A stretch of DNA of 64,000 nt, taken from contig JABIDK010000005.1 of the NCBI GenBank assembly GCA_018651725.1, positions 64,064-128,063 on the forward strand. The letters are read 5' to 3'. This document shows positions 39,401 through 49,161 of the stretch, piece after piece. How positions within the stretch are numbered: position 1 is the stretch's first letter; every line of letters starts with the position of its first letter. Source of the DNA: Candidatus Falkowbacteria bacterium. Its GTDB lineage: Bacteria; Patescibacteriota; Patescibacteriia; JAACEG01. The translations under genes were made by a program, and so were the position numbers. The notes beneath the pieces are model-generated. The model was given only the letters and a program-made list of their open reading frames with translations. It was not told the DNA's origin and ran no database searches.

Positions 39401-41780
39401 CGACCCGGATTGTTCAGGAACTTGTCTTGATTGCTCTTGTTCAACCGATACTGATTGTGGAAGTACCTGCGCACAAGGCGATGGATGTTGCGTAAGCTGT
39501 AGTAGCCCAATAGATTTGGACTGTGATATGCAGGATCCAAACGTCAACACCTTCAACGCCGTTGAAAACAACGATAACGCCGATATCTCCTGGACAGTAA
39601 CCGATCAAGGTGGCTCTCAACTAGACTACATTGCAATCTGGCGCGCTCCATACAATGCCTCTAACTGTCACGAAACAAACAAGAGTGGTTGTGTGTGGAG
39701 TCAAATTCAAACGATAAATATCTCCGGAGACAGCCAGACCGGTTCCCATACCGATAGCCCTGGCAACGGATCTTGGTGGTACGGTATGCATGTTTACGAC
39801 AATGCTGGTAACTGGAGCCAGGAACCAACTCCACCGGGAGTATTAAATGTAGAGATAGCTCCAGCGTGCACACCTAGCCTTGACTGTAGCGACTATCCAG
39901 GAAACTGTAATGTTAATCTTTTTGATGGCTGTGATAATATTCTAAATTGTTCTAATAACTGTTCGGGTGGAGAGAGTTGTTGCTCTGGCAGCTGTCAAGC
40001 TCCTACCTGCTCTAACAATAGCGACTGCGACGATAGCAATAACTGTACAACAGATACTTGCAATAACCCGGGAGGTTGTTCAGCTAGTTGTTCTAATAGT
40101 CCGTCTTCTAAAGCGAATGGTGAGGCTTGTAGTGTTGATTGTGAGTGTGCGAGTGGAGTGTGTACTAATAATATTTGTGTTAATGGAGTTAATAAAACTA
40201 TCGTTTACAGAGCCCTATCTTCTCATAATGGTAACTTCGGAGGTAGATCCGGTCTTGACTCTTATTGCGCTAACAACAAACCGGCTAATTTACCTGGGAA
40301 TGTCTCAAATATTCACGCTTTTATTTCTGTTTCTGATACCGACGAGCTTAGAGATATGCCTAATAATTACGGCTATGATTCTAACGTTAGTCTTTATTGG
40401 TTTAAAAGTAGTAACACGACTTTTAATAAATTTGCAGATAATTGGGCGGATATGTTAGATGGTAGCATTCAATTAAGTAGAAGTGACGGAGGAGATAGTG
40501 GTAGCGCTTGGTCGGGAAGTAAGCCCGACGGATCAGTAGAACAATATAACGGTGTAACAGTAAATTGTGATCAGTGGATTTCTGATGCTTATGATGGCAA
40601 TTGTAATCAGGATAAAGATCATTCGTCTGTGTTTGGATCTAATTATACAACTAGCTATGTAGCTGATGGAAGTTATTGGCAAGGATGGATTTATGGATCT
40701 GTTTATATTAGTTATCCTTCAGGATGTATGAGATGCTCTAATTCTGCTTATTTGTTGTGTGCAGGAGAGATGAATGCGTCGTGTACACCTAGCCTTAATT
40801 GTAGCGACTATCCTGGAAACTGCGGTATTAATCTTTTTGATGGCTGTGATAATATTCTAAATTGTTCTAATAACTGTTCGGGCGGAGAAGTTTGTTGCTC
40901 CGACAGCTGTCAAGCTCCTGCCTGCTCTAACAATAGCGAATGCAACGACAGTGATAACTGTACAACAGATACCTGCAATAACCCGGGAAGTTGTTCAGCA
41001 AGTTGTTCTAATACTCAAGCAAGTTGCCAAGATGGTGATGGTTGTTGTCCAAGTGGTTGTGATTCTGGCAACGATAATGATTGCCTTTTTATTCCTGATA
41101 CCTTTACTTGGCGAGACTATAATGGCAGTGATTGGATGAGTCCAATGAGATATCAAGCTATGTGTGGATCTTGTTGGGCGTTTGCTACAATGGGGGTTGC
41201 CGAAGGAAAATACAATATACAAGAAAACAACCCAGCCTTAGACGTTGACCTTTCTGAACAATATGTAACCTCTGATTGTTGTAGTGCCGGAACCTGTAAT
41301 GGTGGCGGCCATTCATTTAATTGCGATACAACAGATGAGTCTTGTTATCCTTATATACCGGGACAAGATCTTGATAGTCTTAGTAGTTGTAGTGGAAGAT
41401 GTGCTGATTGGAGTACCAGAGTATGGGATATGTCTGATTACTCAGTTGCTCCAAATGCCTATACTGCAATTTCAGATCCAGATGCCATAAAAACGTTACT
41501 TATGAACGAAGGACCGGTTTGGGCTGCAATGGGTGATGCTAGCTCTAGTAGTTTTGTTTATAGTCCTGCTGATCAAGCTTGGATATGTACAAACGATGAT
41601 TCACGCGCTCAAGATTTAAATCACGCAATTGTTTTAGTTGGTTGGGATGATAATATTGGTTGCTGGTGGTTTAAAAATAGCTGGGGAATGGGTTGGGGAG
41701 ACGGAGGTTATGGTTGTATAAAATATGGAGAGTGTCTTTTAGAAGCTGATTATTATTTAAATAGTGTTATTTCACCTTAA
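36465..41780 (+). CDS. Giant secreted Cys-rich protein with Ig/FN3-like repeats, DCDD metal-binding repeats, a DUF1554-like lectin domain and a C-terminal papain-family (C1A) peptidase
   Basis: Signal peptide MRKLYLILIALLFLPFIASA; QAMCGSCWAF, NHAIVLVGW and KNSWG catalytic motifs. Confidence 0.85.
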   Translation: MRKLYLILIALLFLPFIASADTPVVNNFELLDNTSGASVSSPIRGNVVRLHVTATDPDGIKYVRAIVLDPGGTQKSLIILHNDGDSAHGDFSASDDIYSSLWLTSYSLSSGVNYTIVIKIMDNLGNIYSSSDGSFDITESCDFGSTCNNINELRCNNGIIERCTAQATCNYWALDENCPGVNVCCGSGVSSTCCGLGQICSSNDNCLTCGITCDNVCLDSKCVNDPDCQPGGCCGDNTCDIDINECSNCSNDCNLTDCCGNQVCNSAVGEDFNTCPGDCPCIDSDGDGQISTVCGGDDCDDSNDDRFLGNQEVCDGVDNDCNASTTDEDLCDSDHDNYCNCDEPFKIGSNLNAICNTNTTNGFHWSQTCDCDDNNSNINPGVTENCTSPEDDDCDGQVNDLDIDCGGTGTPASPILTVSPSPAVDGDFVTYTMSATGLITHYEFYSCEGASCVPIDSTTLETSSNSYSQSGTIAGPAVWNFQLQACNDNGCSNATNVQTFIINPQTVPNNVSLTVTPDTVNINESVTYSWSADGNIDNYGLQFKYNDQPWSSFINYGLTTSITEVSDMAGDFQIRARACNGHGCGYSTVRTLTVNAEGEELPSNVNFNISPNTVVTGDNVTYSWSAIDAESFEYVSRFNSGTWGTWSTLSNIGDPGSLTNPAGTPGIYEYILRACNSFGCSEDNIQTLTVNNASVVAPTNPAITINPAITEVMENISFTLGANGTVDYYEFYSCEGAGCTPVDMVNFNVAQNPYSFNATQVNPGTFRYMVNACNIIGCSGNSNIEDLVIYPSGTCDTDNDTYLEDICGGNDCDDDDDEMFPGNPEICDGKDNDCNDQTNDGCNCVNGTTQPCGTDVGLCEAGEQTCIVGEWGTCLNQVGPTAEICDNEDNNCNTQTDEGLTVICNNNSNCNDSNDCTVDTCNNPGSCFSSCSNDQVTSCQDSDGCCPNGCNFSNDNDCAPGCTPDGCNNNCPVNCSGADDPDCSGTCLDCSCSTDTDCGSTCAQGDGCCVSCSSPIDLDCDMQDPNVNTFNAVENNDNADISWTVTDQGGSQLDYIAIWRAPYNASNCHETNKSGCVWSQIQTINISGDSQTGSHTDSPGNGSWWYGMHVYDNAGNWSQEPTPPGVLNVEIAPACTPSLDCSDYPGNCNVNLFDGCDNILNCSNNCSGGESCCSGSCQAPTCSNNSDCDDSNNCTTDTCNNPGGCSASCSNSPSSKANGEACSVDCECASGVCTNNICVNGVNKTIVYRALSSHNGNFGGRSGLDSYCANNKPANLPGNVSNIHAFISVSDTDELRDMPNNYGYDSNVSLYWFKSSNTTFNKFADNWADMLDGSIQLSRSDGGDSGSAWSGSKPDGSVEQYNGVTVNCDQWISDAYDGNCNQDKDHSSVFGSNYTTSYVADGSYWQGWIYGSVYISYPSGCMRCSNSAYLLCAGEMNASCTPSLNCSDYPGNCGINLFDGCDNILNCSNNCSGGEVCCSDSCQAPACSNNSECNDSDNCTTDTCNNPGSCSASCSNTQASCQDGDGCCPSGCDSGNDNDCLFIPDTFTWRDYNGSDWMSPMRYQAMCGSCWAFATMGVAEGKYNIQENNPALDVDLSEQYVTSDCCSAGTCNGGGHSFNCDTTDESCYPYIPGQDLDSLSSCSGRCADWSTRVWDMSDYSVAPNAYTAISDPDAIKTLLMNEGPVWAAMGDASSSSFVYSPADQAWICTNDDSRAQDLNHAIVLVGWDDNIGCWWFKNSWGMGWGDGGYGCIKYGECLLEADYYLNSVISP

Positions 41781-41801
41781 TTTTTTAACTATAAAGTATT
41801 T

Positions 41802-42404
41802 ATGAAAAAAGCCATTTTATTTTTTATTTTTATGTTATCACCATTGAGTATTTTTGCTCAAGAATCCATGGTGCATATAATCCCGCCACCAAATCCATCG
41901 GCAGCTTATTGTGAAGAATTGGGTTATAAAATTACTATTAAAAAAACTCCGGAAGGAGAGCTTGGTATTTGTAATTTTTCAGATACAGAGCAAGCTCCAG
42001 CTTGGAGTTTTTTACGAGGCGAAGAGGCTCAAGAGCATAGTTATTGTGCTAAAGTTGGCTATGAAATGAAATTAATAGATGATCCTGCAAAATGTGGAGC
42101 TACTTATAAACCTGGTCATGGATGTTTAGCTTGCATACTTGAGGACGGTAGCGAAGTAGAGGCTGGAAATCTTTTAAAGATAGAAAAAGCCAGAAGATTA
42201 ACTAATCCTTGTAACAATGACGGAAAATGTCTTACCCCTGAAACTCCTCAAAACTGTCCTCAAGATTGCACAGTCGCTAAACAAGAAATCCCTAAAGATA
42301 ATGCCAAAAATATAGTCCTCGCTATCATGGCTATTAGTGGTATAATTGTTATAATATTAACCTCATATTATTTTTTAAGAAAAAAGGAAAATAACGATAT
42401 TTAG
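41802..42404 (+). CDS. Secreted, C-terminally anchored DUF333-domain protein
   Basis: NPSAAYCEELGY and SYCAKVGY repeats; C-terminal TM helix. Confidence 0.7.
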   Translation: MKKAILFFIFMLSPLSIFAQESMVHIIPPPNPSAAYCEELGYKITIKKTPEGELGICNFSDTEQAPAWSFLRGEEAQEHSYCAKVGYEMKLIDDPAKCGATYKPGHGCLACILEDGSEVEAGNLLKIEKARRLTNPCNNDGKCLTPETPQNCPQDCTVAKQEIPKDNAKNIVLAIMAISGIIVIILTSYYFLRKKENNDI

Positions 42405-42506
42405 AAATTGATTTTTGCTTTTTTCTTTTTTGTGTTATAATAGAAAAACACATAACTGGTATTCGAATGTGTCGTATTTGTAGTGCGATTAATGAAAATA
42501 TAACAT

Positions 42507-43772
42507 ATGAAACACGATAGACTTATTGCCGGGCTTGATGTTGGGTCAAGTAAAACTCGTCTAGCAGTGGCTAGGATTGAGGAAAAAGAGAACGGCCAAA
42601 GAAAAATAAATATTATTGGTTTGTCTGAGGTTCCTACTGAAGGGTTTACTAAGGGCAATGTTTCTAATTTGGAAGATTTGGTTTCCACTATTTCTTTAGT
42701 TGTGGAAAAATCAGAAATAGTTATCGGTCTTCCTATTGAAGAAATTTGTCTGGGTATCTCCGGAGATCATATTACTTCAAGTATAAGTAAAGGAGTAGTT
42801 GCAATTTCTAAAGCTAACAATGAAATAGAGGAGGAAGACGTTGAGCGGGCAATAGAAAGCGTTAAGTCTATGGCTATACCGCCGAACTATGAAAATCTTC
42901 ATATTATTCCAACTTCTTTTAATATTGATTCACAAACCAACATTAAAGATCCAATCGGAATGACCGGCATAAAGCTTGAAGCCGAAGTCCAGGTCATTAG
43001 TGGGTTAAATACTAGAATTAATAACTTTACTAAATCCGTTGACAGAACAAGTTTGGAAATAGATTCACTGGTCTTTTCTGTTTTAGCAACAGCTGAGGCG
43101 ATTCTCGATAAAAAGCAAAAAGAGCTCGGTGTTTTGGTTCTGGACATTGGGCACACTTTGACTAAGGGGGCTATTTTTGAAGAAGGTGAAGTTATCCATG
43201 CTTTTAATATTCCAATTGGGTCGTCGCATATTACGGCTGATCTTGCCATTGGGCTTAGATCATCCATTGAGGTTGCGGAAAAAGTAAAGAGAAAACAAGG
43301 GACGCTTGATTTAAGTTCTCTTAGAAGAACCGAGCAAGTTGACTTAAATAAATACGAAGACAATAAAGATAACTCTTTAAGAAAAAATTCTTTCAGCAAA
43401 AGATATATTAATGAAATAATAGAAGCCAGGGTCGATGAAATTTTTTCTTTTGTAGCAACAGAGCTTAAGAAGGCAAAAAGATTTGGAAAATTGCCTGCTG
43501 GAGTTGTTTTAACCGGAGGAGGGGCAAAGTTGCCTTATTTAACAGATTATGTTAAAAATAAATTATCTCTACCATCATCACTTGGAAACTTAAAAGGACT
43601 TTCAAGCAGCATCGATAACGTAGATGACTCAAGTTACTCTACTGTTTGCGGGCTTGTTTTGTGGAATGCTTTGGATCAAGAAAAACGCAAAAAAAGAACA
43701 TTTAACATTAATTTGAATTTTTTAAAAAACTTTGATAAACTAAAAAAGTTACTTAAAAAATTAACACCATAA
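42507..43772 (+). CDS. ftsA: Cell division protein FtsA
   Basis: [12 protein letters not shown] and GVVLTGGGA motifs; directly upstream of ftsZ. Confidence 0.96.
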   Translation: MKHDRLIAGLDVGSSKTRLAVARIEEKENGQRKINIIGLSEVPTEGFTKGNVSNLEDLVSTISLVVEKSEIVIGLPIEEICLGISGDHITSSISKGVVAISKANNEIEEEDVERAIESVKSMAIPPNYENLHIIPTSFNIDSQTNIKDPIGMTGIKLEAEVQVISGLNTRINNFTKSVDRTSLEIDSLVFSVLATAEAILDKKQKELGVLVLDIGHTLTKGAIFEEGEVIHAFNIPIGSSHITADLAIGLRSSIEVAEKVKRKQGTLDLSSLRRTEQVDLNKYEDNKDNSLRKNSFSKRYINEIIEARVDEIFSFVATELKKAKRFGKLPAGVVLTGGGAKLPYLTDYVKNKLSLPSSLGNLKGLSSSIDNVDDSSYSTVCGLVLWNALDQEKRKKRTFNINLNFLKNFDKLKKLLKKLTP

Positions 43773-43776
43773 AAGT

Positions 43777-45000
43777 ATGAGTCAAATAAAACCTGATATT
43801 GAAACATTTGCAAAAATTAAAGTTATTGGAGTTGGCGGTAGCGGCAACAGTGTTGTTAATCGGATGATTAGCGCTAAAATTAGAGGCGTTGATTTTTTAG
43901 CGATAAACACCGACGTCCAGGCTCTTCATGCTTCAAAAGCAAAAAATAAATTACATATTGGAAAAACACTTACTCGCGGGTTAGGAGCCGGAATGAACCC
44001 GGAGGTTGGTAAAAAAGCAGCCGAAGAAAACCAAAACGATATTCGAGATATGCTAAAAGGGGCTGATATGGTCTTCATTACTTGCGGATTAGGCGGAGGC
44101 ACAGGATCCGGGGCCGCACCGATTGTGGCTGAAATTTCCAAAGACTTAGGAGCTCTTACAATCGCAGTTGTTACCAAACCTTTTTCTTTTGAAGGAGTAA
44201 AAAGATCTGAGATTGCCGAAGAAGCTTTGCAGGAATTATCCGATAAAGTTGACTCTATTATTGTAGTTCCTAACGATAAGTTATTAGAAATTATCGATAA
44301 GGAGACATCTTTACTTGATGCTTTTAATGTTTCAGATAATGTTTTAAAGCAAGGAGTTCAAGGGATCTCTGAACTTATTACTGTCCCGGGACTTATTAAT
44401 GTTGATTTTGCTGATGTAAAAGCAATTATGTCGGAAGCCGGATCATCGTTGATGGGAATAGGAGAGAGTAAAGGAGAAGACAGGGCGAAAAAGGCCGCTA
44501 AGGCCGCTATTGAAAACTCTTTACTTGATATGTCGATCGACGGAGCCGAAGGAGTCTTGTTCTCTGTTACTGGTTCGCCGGATTTAACAATGCACGAAGT
44601 TAATGAAGCCGCTAAAGTTATCACCGAGCTGGTTGACTCTGAGGCTAAAATTATTTTTGGCGCAATTATAGACGAAGATCTTAAAGATACCGTTAGAATC
44701 ACAGTTGTAGCCACTGGGTTTAATGATTCTTTTAATAGAGGTTTTGACAGAGACAGATTTCAAAAATCAAAAGAAACTCTCGAAGTCCAGAAAGAAAACA
44801 TAGATTTACCAGCTAATAAAGAAAATAAAAAAGAAGATGTTGACGAAGATAAGGAAGAAGATTTTTTATCTAAAGAAAAAAAAACCAGTCTTTTCACAGA
44901 AGATAAACCAGTAGAAGAAGAGCTAGAAGAGGAAAAAACAGAAGAAAAAAACGAACTGGATATCCCGGCGTTCTTAAGAAGAAAAATGAAAAAGAAATAA
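43777..45000 (+). CDS. ftsZ: Cell division protein FtsZ
   Basis: [17 protein letters not shown] and the C-terminal LDIPAFLRR peptide. Confidence 0.99.
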   Translation: MSQIKPDIETFAKIKVIGVGGSGNSVVNRMISAKIRGVDFLAINTDVQALHASKAKNKLHIGKTLTRGLGAGMNPEVGKKAAEENQNDIRDMLKGADMVFITCGLGGGTGSGAAPIVAEISKDLGALTIAVVTKPFSFEGVKRSEIAEEALQELSDKVDSIIVVPNDKLLEIIDKETSLLDAFNVSDNVLKQGVQGISELITVPGLINVDFADVKAIMSEAGSSLMGIGESKGEDRAKKAAKAAIENSLLDMSIDGAEGVLFSVTGSPDLTMHEVNEAAKVITELVDSEAKIIFGAIIDEDLKDTVRITVVATGFNDSFNRGFDRDRFQKSKETLEVQKENIDLPANKENKKEDVDEDKEEDFLSKEKKTSLFTEDKPVEEELEEEKTEEKNELDIPAFLRRKMKKK

Positions 45001-45027
45001 TCTTTGAATCTTTTAATTTCATTAGAC

Positions 45028-45036
45028 TTATCCACA
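45028..45036 (+). promoter_or_regulatory. Perfect DnaA box upstream of the nrd operon
   Basis: TTATCCACA. Confidence 0.55.
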
Positions 45037-45087
45037 ATAGCCAGATGGCTTTTTTATTTTTAGCTTATTTAAGCCAAATTTTAGATC

Positions 45088-45142
45088 TTGACAAGCACAA
45101 TATATAGTATTATAATTTATTTAGACACACTAGATATAGTGT
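45088..45142 (+). promoter_or_regulatory. sigma70 promoter overlapped by tandem NrdR boxes
   Basis: TTGACA(45088)-17-TATAAT(45111); GCACAATATATAGTAT (45095) and ACACTAGATATAGTGT (45127), 32 bp apart. Confidence 0.88.
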
Positions 45143-45218
45143 AGTTAGATAAAAGCCCTTTCTTAATAAGAAGATGAATTACAATTTTATTTTCTCCAAA
45201 GAAAGGTTTTTTAAACCC

Positions 45219-45698
45219 ATGAAATGTTTAAACTGTCATCATAACGAGACAAAAGTAATAGATTCGCGTCTTTGTTCGGATGGTTTTGCAATTCGTAGGC
45301 GTCGAGAGTGCCTTAAGTGCGCTTTTCGTTTTTCTACTTTAGAGGAAGTGGAAATATTAGATCTAACGATTCTTAAACAAAACGGAAAACGAGAATCTTA
45401 CGATAGAAGTAAAATAGAGTCAGGTCTTAAGAAATCATTGGAAAAAAGACCTATCACCGTTGAAAAATTTAAAAAACTGATTAATCAAATAGAAATTGAT
45501 CTTCAAAAGTTAAAAACTAGGGAAATTGAAAGTAGCAAAGTTGGCGATGTAATAATGAAACGCCTTAAAAGAACAGATAAAGTTGCTTACATTCGTTTCG
45601 CCTCGGTTTATAAGTCATTTGAAGACGCAGAAACTTTTCGAAAAGAAATAAATGATATCTTAAAAAGAAAAGTTAAAAAAATAAAAAAGAAAAAATAA
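45219..45698 (+). CDS. nrdR: Transcriptional repressor NrdR
   Basis: MKCLNC...VIDSR...IRRRRECLKC; ATP cone; DKVAYIRFASVY. Confidence 0.97.
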   Translation: MKCLNCHHNETKVIDSRLCSDGFAIRRRRECLKCAFRFSTLEEVEILDLTILKQNGKRESYDRSKIESGLKKSLEKRPITVEKFKKLINQIEIDLQKLKTREIESSKVGDVIMKRLKRTDKVAYIRFASVYKSFEDAETFRKEINDILKRKVKKIKKKK

Positions 45699-45730
45699 AT
45701 CAATATTTAACTACTCATTAATTTAAATTT

Positions 45731-47902
45731 ATGGTTATCAAAACTCAAACTAAAGAAAAAATTACTCAAATTCTAAAAAGAGACGGAGTTATCGCTGACT
45801 TTAACACAGCCAAAATCACTAGCGCTATTTTAAAGTCCTTGGAAGAAACTAAAGAAGTGGAAAATTCAAATGAAGTTGCCGAAGAGCTTGCAAAAGAAGC
45901 TATTAATATTTTACACTCCAAGTTTCATGTTCGTTCTATTCCGGCGGTGGAAGAAGTTCAAGATATTGTTGAAGAAGCTTTAATTAAATCAAGACTCATT
46001 AGAACAGCTAAAGCTTATATTTTATACCGTGACCAAAGAGCAAAGTTGCGAGACGTAGAAGACCTTATTGATTCCGGTGAACTTATGGAGAAATATTTAG
46101 AGCAATTGGACTGGCGAGTAAAGGAAAACAGTAATATGAGTTATTCGCTGCAAGGGCTTAACAATCATGTAGCTTCAACTATTTCAGCAAAATATTGGTT
46201 AAACAAAGTTTACCCTCAGCAAATCGGAAATGCTCATGTTGAGGGTGATATTCACATTCATGATCTTCAGCTTTTGGCTCCCTACTGTGCCGGCTGGGAT
46301 TTAAAGGATCTTTTAATGAGAGGTTTCGGCGGAGTTAACGGTAAAGTTGAAGCCAAACCACCAAAGCATTTTCGAACCGCTCTTGGACAAATGGTTAATT
46401 TCTTTTACACTCTTCAGGGTGAGGTTGCAGGAGCTGAAGCATTTTCTAACTTTGATACTTATTTAGCGCCTTTTGTCAGGTACGATAAATTAAACTATAA
46501 AGAAACAAAGCAGGCCTTACAGGAGTTTTTATTTAATGTTAATGTTCCGACTCGAGTTGGTTTTCAAACACCATTTACAAATATCACAATGGATATGTTT
46601 GTTCCAAACATGATTAAAGATGAAAGTGTTATTATCGGTGGTAAACCACAGAACGAAAAATACGGTGAGTTCCAAGAAGAAATGGATATGATCAATAAAG
46701 CTTTTGCCGAGCTAATGATGGAAGGAGACGCGACTGGAAGAGTGTTTACTTTTCCGATTCCAACTTATAATATTACTAAGGATTTTGATTGGGACAGTGA
46801 AGTAATGGAAAAAGTTTTTGAAATGACCGCTAAATACGGAATTCCTTATTTTTCTAACTTTATTAATTCAGATATGAGCCCGGAAGATGCTCGGTCTATG
46901 TGTTGCAGATTACGTTTGGACAATAGAGAGCTGCGAAAAAGAGGCGGAGGACTTTTTGGAGCCAACCCTTTAACCGGATCGATCGGAGTGGTAACTATTA
47001 ATTTACCGAGAATAGGATATCTGGCTAAGAAAAAATATCCTGAGGATATTGAAAAAGCAAAAGAATATTTCTATAAACGTTTAGGCAAGTTTATGGACTT
47101 GTCCAAAGAAAGCTTGGAGATTAAAAGGGAAATTATTGAAAAATTAACTGACGGCGGTCTTTATCCTTACGCTAGACACTATCTGGACGGCATTAAGAAA
47201 AAATTTGATAAATACTGGCAAAATCACTTTGCAACTATTGGTATAAACGGAATGAACGAAGCTATGGTAAATATTCTAGGCAAGAATATCGCTTCAAAAC
47301 AAGGGCAAAAATTAGCGATCGAGGTAATGGATTTTATGAGAGATAAAATGGGAAAATACCAAGATGAAACTAACAATCTTTATAACTTGGAGGCCACTCC
47401 GGCTGAGGGAGTTACCAGAAGATTTGCCAACGTTGATAAAAAGAAATTTAAAGACATAATTGTAGCTAATGAAAAAGAGGTTAATGAAAAAGGCGCTTCT
47501 CCTTACTATACCAACTCTTCTCATTTACCGGTAGATTATTCAGATGATATCTTTGAAGTTTTGGATCTGCAAGACGAGCTGCAAACCAAATACACCGGCG
47601 GAACAGTTGTTCATGGATTTATCGGTGAAAGAATGCCATCGGTTGAGGCCACAAAAAATATGGTTAGAAAAATTGCCGAAAATTATAAACTGCCATATTA
47701 CACAATTACTCCAACTTTTAGTGTTTGTCCAACTCACGGTTACATCACAGGCGAAAAGCCAAAGTGTCCTGATTGTGATGCGGAAACAGAAGTTTACTCC
47801 AGAGTAGTTGGATACCTACGCCCAGTAAAACAATGGAACGACGCTAAACAATCCGAGTTTGAAAAACGCTTGGAATATGCAGCCGACGGCTGCGGATGCT
47901 AA
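45731..47902 (+). CDS. nrdD: Anaerobic (class III) ribonucleoside-triphosphate reductase
   Basis: N-terminal ATP cone, SMCCRL, EATPAE, and glycyl-radical motif YSRVVGYL. Confidence 0.96.
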   Translation: MVIKTQTKEKITQILKRDGVIADFNTAKITSAILKSLEETKEVENSNEVAEELAKEAINILHSKFHVRSIPAVEEVQDIVEEALIKSRLIRTAKAYILYRDQRAKLRDVEDLIDSGELMEKYLEQLDWRVKENSNMSYSLQGLNNHVASTISAKYWLNKVYPQQIGNAHVEGDIHIHDLQLLAPYCAGWDLKDLLMRGFGGVNGKVEAKPPKHFRTALGQMVNFFYTLQGEVAGAEAFSNFDTYLAPFVRYDKLNYKETKQALQEFLFNVNVPTRVGFQTPFTNITMDMFVPNMIKDESVIIGGKPQNEKYGEFQEEMDMINKAFAELMMEGDATGRVFTFPIPTYNITKDFDWDSEVMEKVFEMTAKYGIPYFSNFINSDMSPEDARSMCCRLRLDNRELRKRGGGLFGANPLTGSIGVVTINLPRIGYLAKKKYPEDIEKAKEYFYKRLGKFMDLSKESLEIKREIIEKLTDGGLYPYARHYLDGIKKKFDKYWQNHFATIGINGMNEAMVNILGKNIASKQGQKLAIEVMDFMRDKMGKYQDETNNLYNLEATPAEGVTRRFANVDKKKFKDIIVANEKEVNEKGASPYYTNSSHLPVDYSDDIFEVLDLQDELQTKYTGGTVVHGFIGERMPSVEATKNMVRKIAENYKLPYYTITPTFSVCPTHGYITGEKPKCPDCDAETEVYSRVVGYLRPVKQWNDAKQSEFEKRLEYAADGCGC

Positions 47903-47930
47903 AGTTAGGGGATATTAAAATTAAGTAAAC

Positions 47931-47954
47931 AAGGGCGGGCAGAGTCCCGCCCTT
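47931..47954 (+). terminator. Hairpin/terminator between nrdD and nrdG
   Basis: AAGGGCGGG-CAGAGT-CCCGCCCTT. Confidence 0.5.
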
Positions 47955-47966
47955 TAATATTATTTT

Positions 47967-48692
47967 ATGCAAATTGCTGGATTACAAAAATTATCATTAA
48001 TAGATTATCCAAATAAAATGGTGGCGGTTGTTTTTACCTTGGGTTGTAACTTTAATTGTTTTTATTGCCATAATCGGGAGTTGATTTTTCCAAATAAATT
48101 TCCCAAAGAAAATTTAATTCAAGAAAAAGAAATATTTGAATTTTTAGGGAAAAGAAAGGGAAAGCTGGACGGAATTTCAATTACCGGCGGAGAGCCAACA
48201 ATGCAAAAAGATTTAAAAGAATTTATTATCAAAGTTAAAGAAATGGGATTTTTAGTAAAGCTGGACAGCAACGGCACCAATCCGGAGATGTTACAAGATT
48301 TAATAAACGAAAAACTGGTTGATTATGTGGCTATGGATATTAAATCCCCGCTTAACTTTGAGGATTACAAAAGAATAACAAAAATAACAAATGAAAAATT
48401 ATTTTCTAAAATTTTGGAAAGTGTAAAGATATTAAGACAAGAAAAAGTTGATTTTGAATTTAGAACTTCTTTGACTAGAGGGCTTTTTAGTAAAGACGAT
48501 ATTAAAAGAATAATTCAAGATATAAAGAATAATAAAATATATTATCTGCAAAACTTTATTAACCCAACAGAAAAATTAGACGAAAACGATAAAAAGATAT
48601 ATAATAAATTACAGCCCTTGAAAAAAGAAGAAATAGAAGAATTTAGATTAGTCGCCGAAGAGTTGGGGCAGAAATGTATTGTTAGGGGATAA
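47967..48692 (+). CDS. nrdG: Anaerobic RNR activating enzyme (radical SAM)
   Basis: GCNFNCFYCHN and ITGGEPT motifs. Confidence 0.93.
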   Translation: MQIAGLQKLSLIDYPNKMVAVVFTLGCNFNCFYCHNRELIFPNKFPKENLIQEKEIFEFLGKRKGKLDGISITGGEPTMQKDLKEFIIKVKEMGFLVKLDSNGTNPEMLQDLINEKLVDYVAMDIKSPLNFEDYKRITKITNEKLFSKILESVKILRQEKVDFEFRTSLTRGLFSKDDIKRIIQDIKNNKIYYLQNFINPTEKLDENDKKIYNKLQPLKKEEIEEFRLVAEELGQKCIVRG

Positions 48693-48713
48693 TTTTAAAT
48701 AATTTATATTTTT

Positions 48714-49073
48714 ATGCTTAAAAAACAAACAGAAAGTAAAGAAGAAAAAAATATTGCTATGGAAACTCATGACGAAAAGATTGTTCGTCTTCTAGAGGAA
48801 AATTTGGATGTTTCCAAACAGATTTTAACTCATAGCAAAAAAACTCGCCGTTGGATTTTAATTCAAAAAATTAAAGGCTGGTTTTACATTATGTTAATTA
48901 TAGTCCCCTTGATTTTAGCTGTTTTTTACCTTCCGCCAATTTTAGAGAAAACTTTTGAGCAATATCAAACGCTTTGGGGAATGATAACCGGAGCAAACCA
49001 GCAAGATGGTTCAATGGAGCTAGACCAAAAACAACTGGAACAATTAAAATTTTTTTGTAATCAACAAAAATAA
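48714..49073 (+). CDS. Hypothetical membrane protein
   Basis: 119-aa ORF with one TM helix. Confidence 0.7.
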   Translation: MLKKQTESKEEKNIAMETHDEKIVRLLEENLDVSKQILTHSKKTRRWILIQKIKGWFYIMLIIVPLILAVFYLPPILEKTFEQYQTLWGMITGANQQDGSMELDQKQLEQLKFFCNQQK

Positions 49074-49161
49074 AATTAAAAGATAGTAAAAAATATAAAA
49101 TCCCATTAAAATGGGATTTTATTTTCTTGCTAAAAAACATTTTGTATATTAGACTTATTGT

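Noticed and set aside
39866-41013. Diversity-generating retroelement TR/VR pair
   Set aside because: Differences between the repeats are not adenine-specific, both copies are coding, and there is no reverse transcriptase in the window.
45028-45036. oriC
   Set aside because: Only one DnaA box was seen, with no cluster and no dnaA/dnaN nearby.
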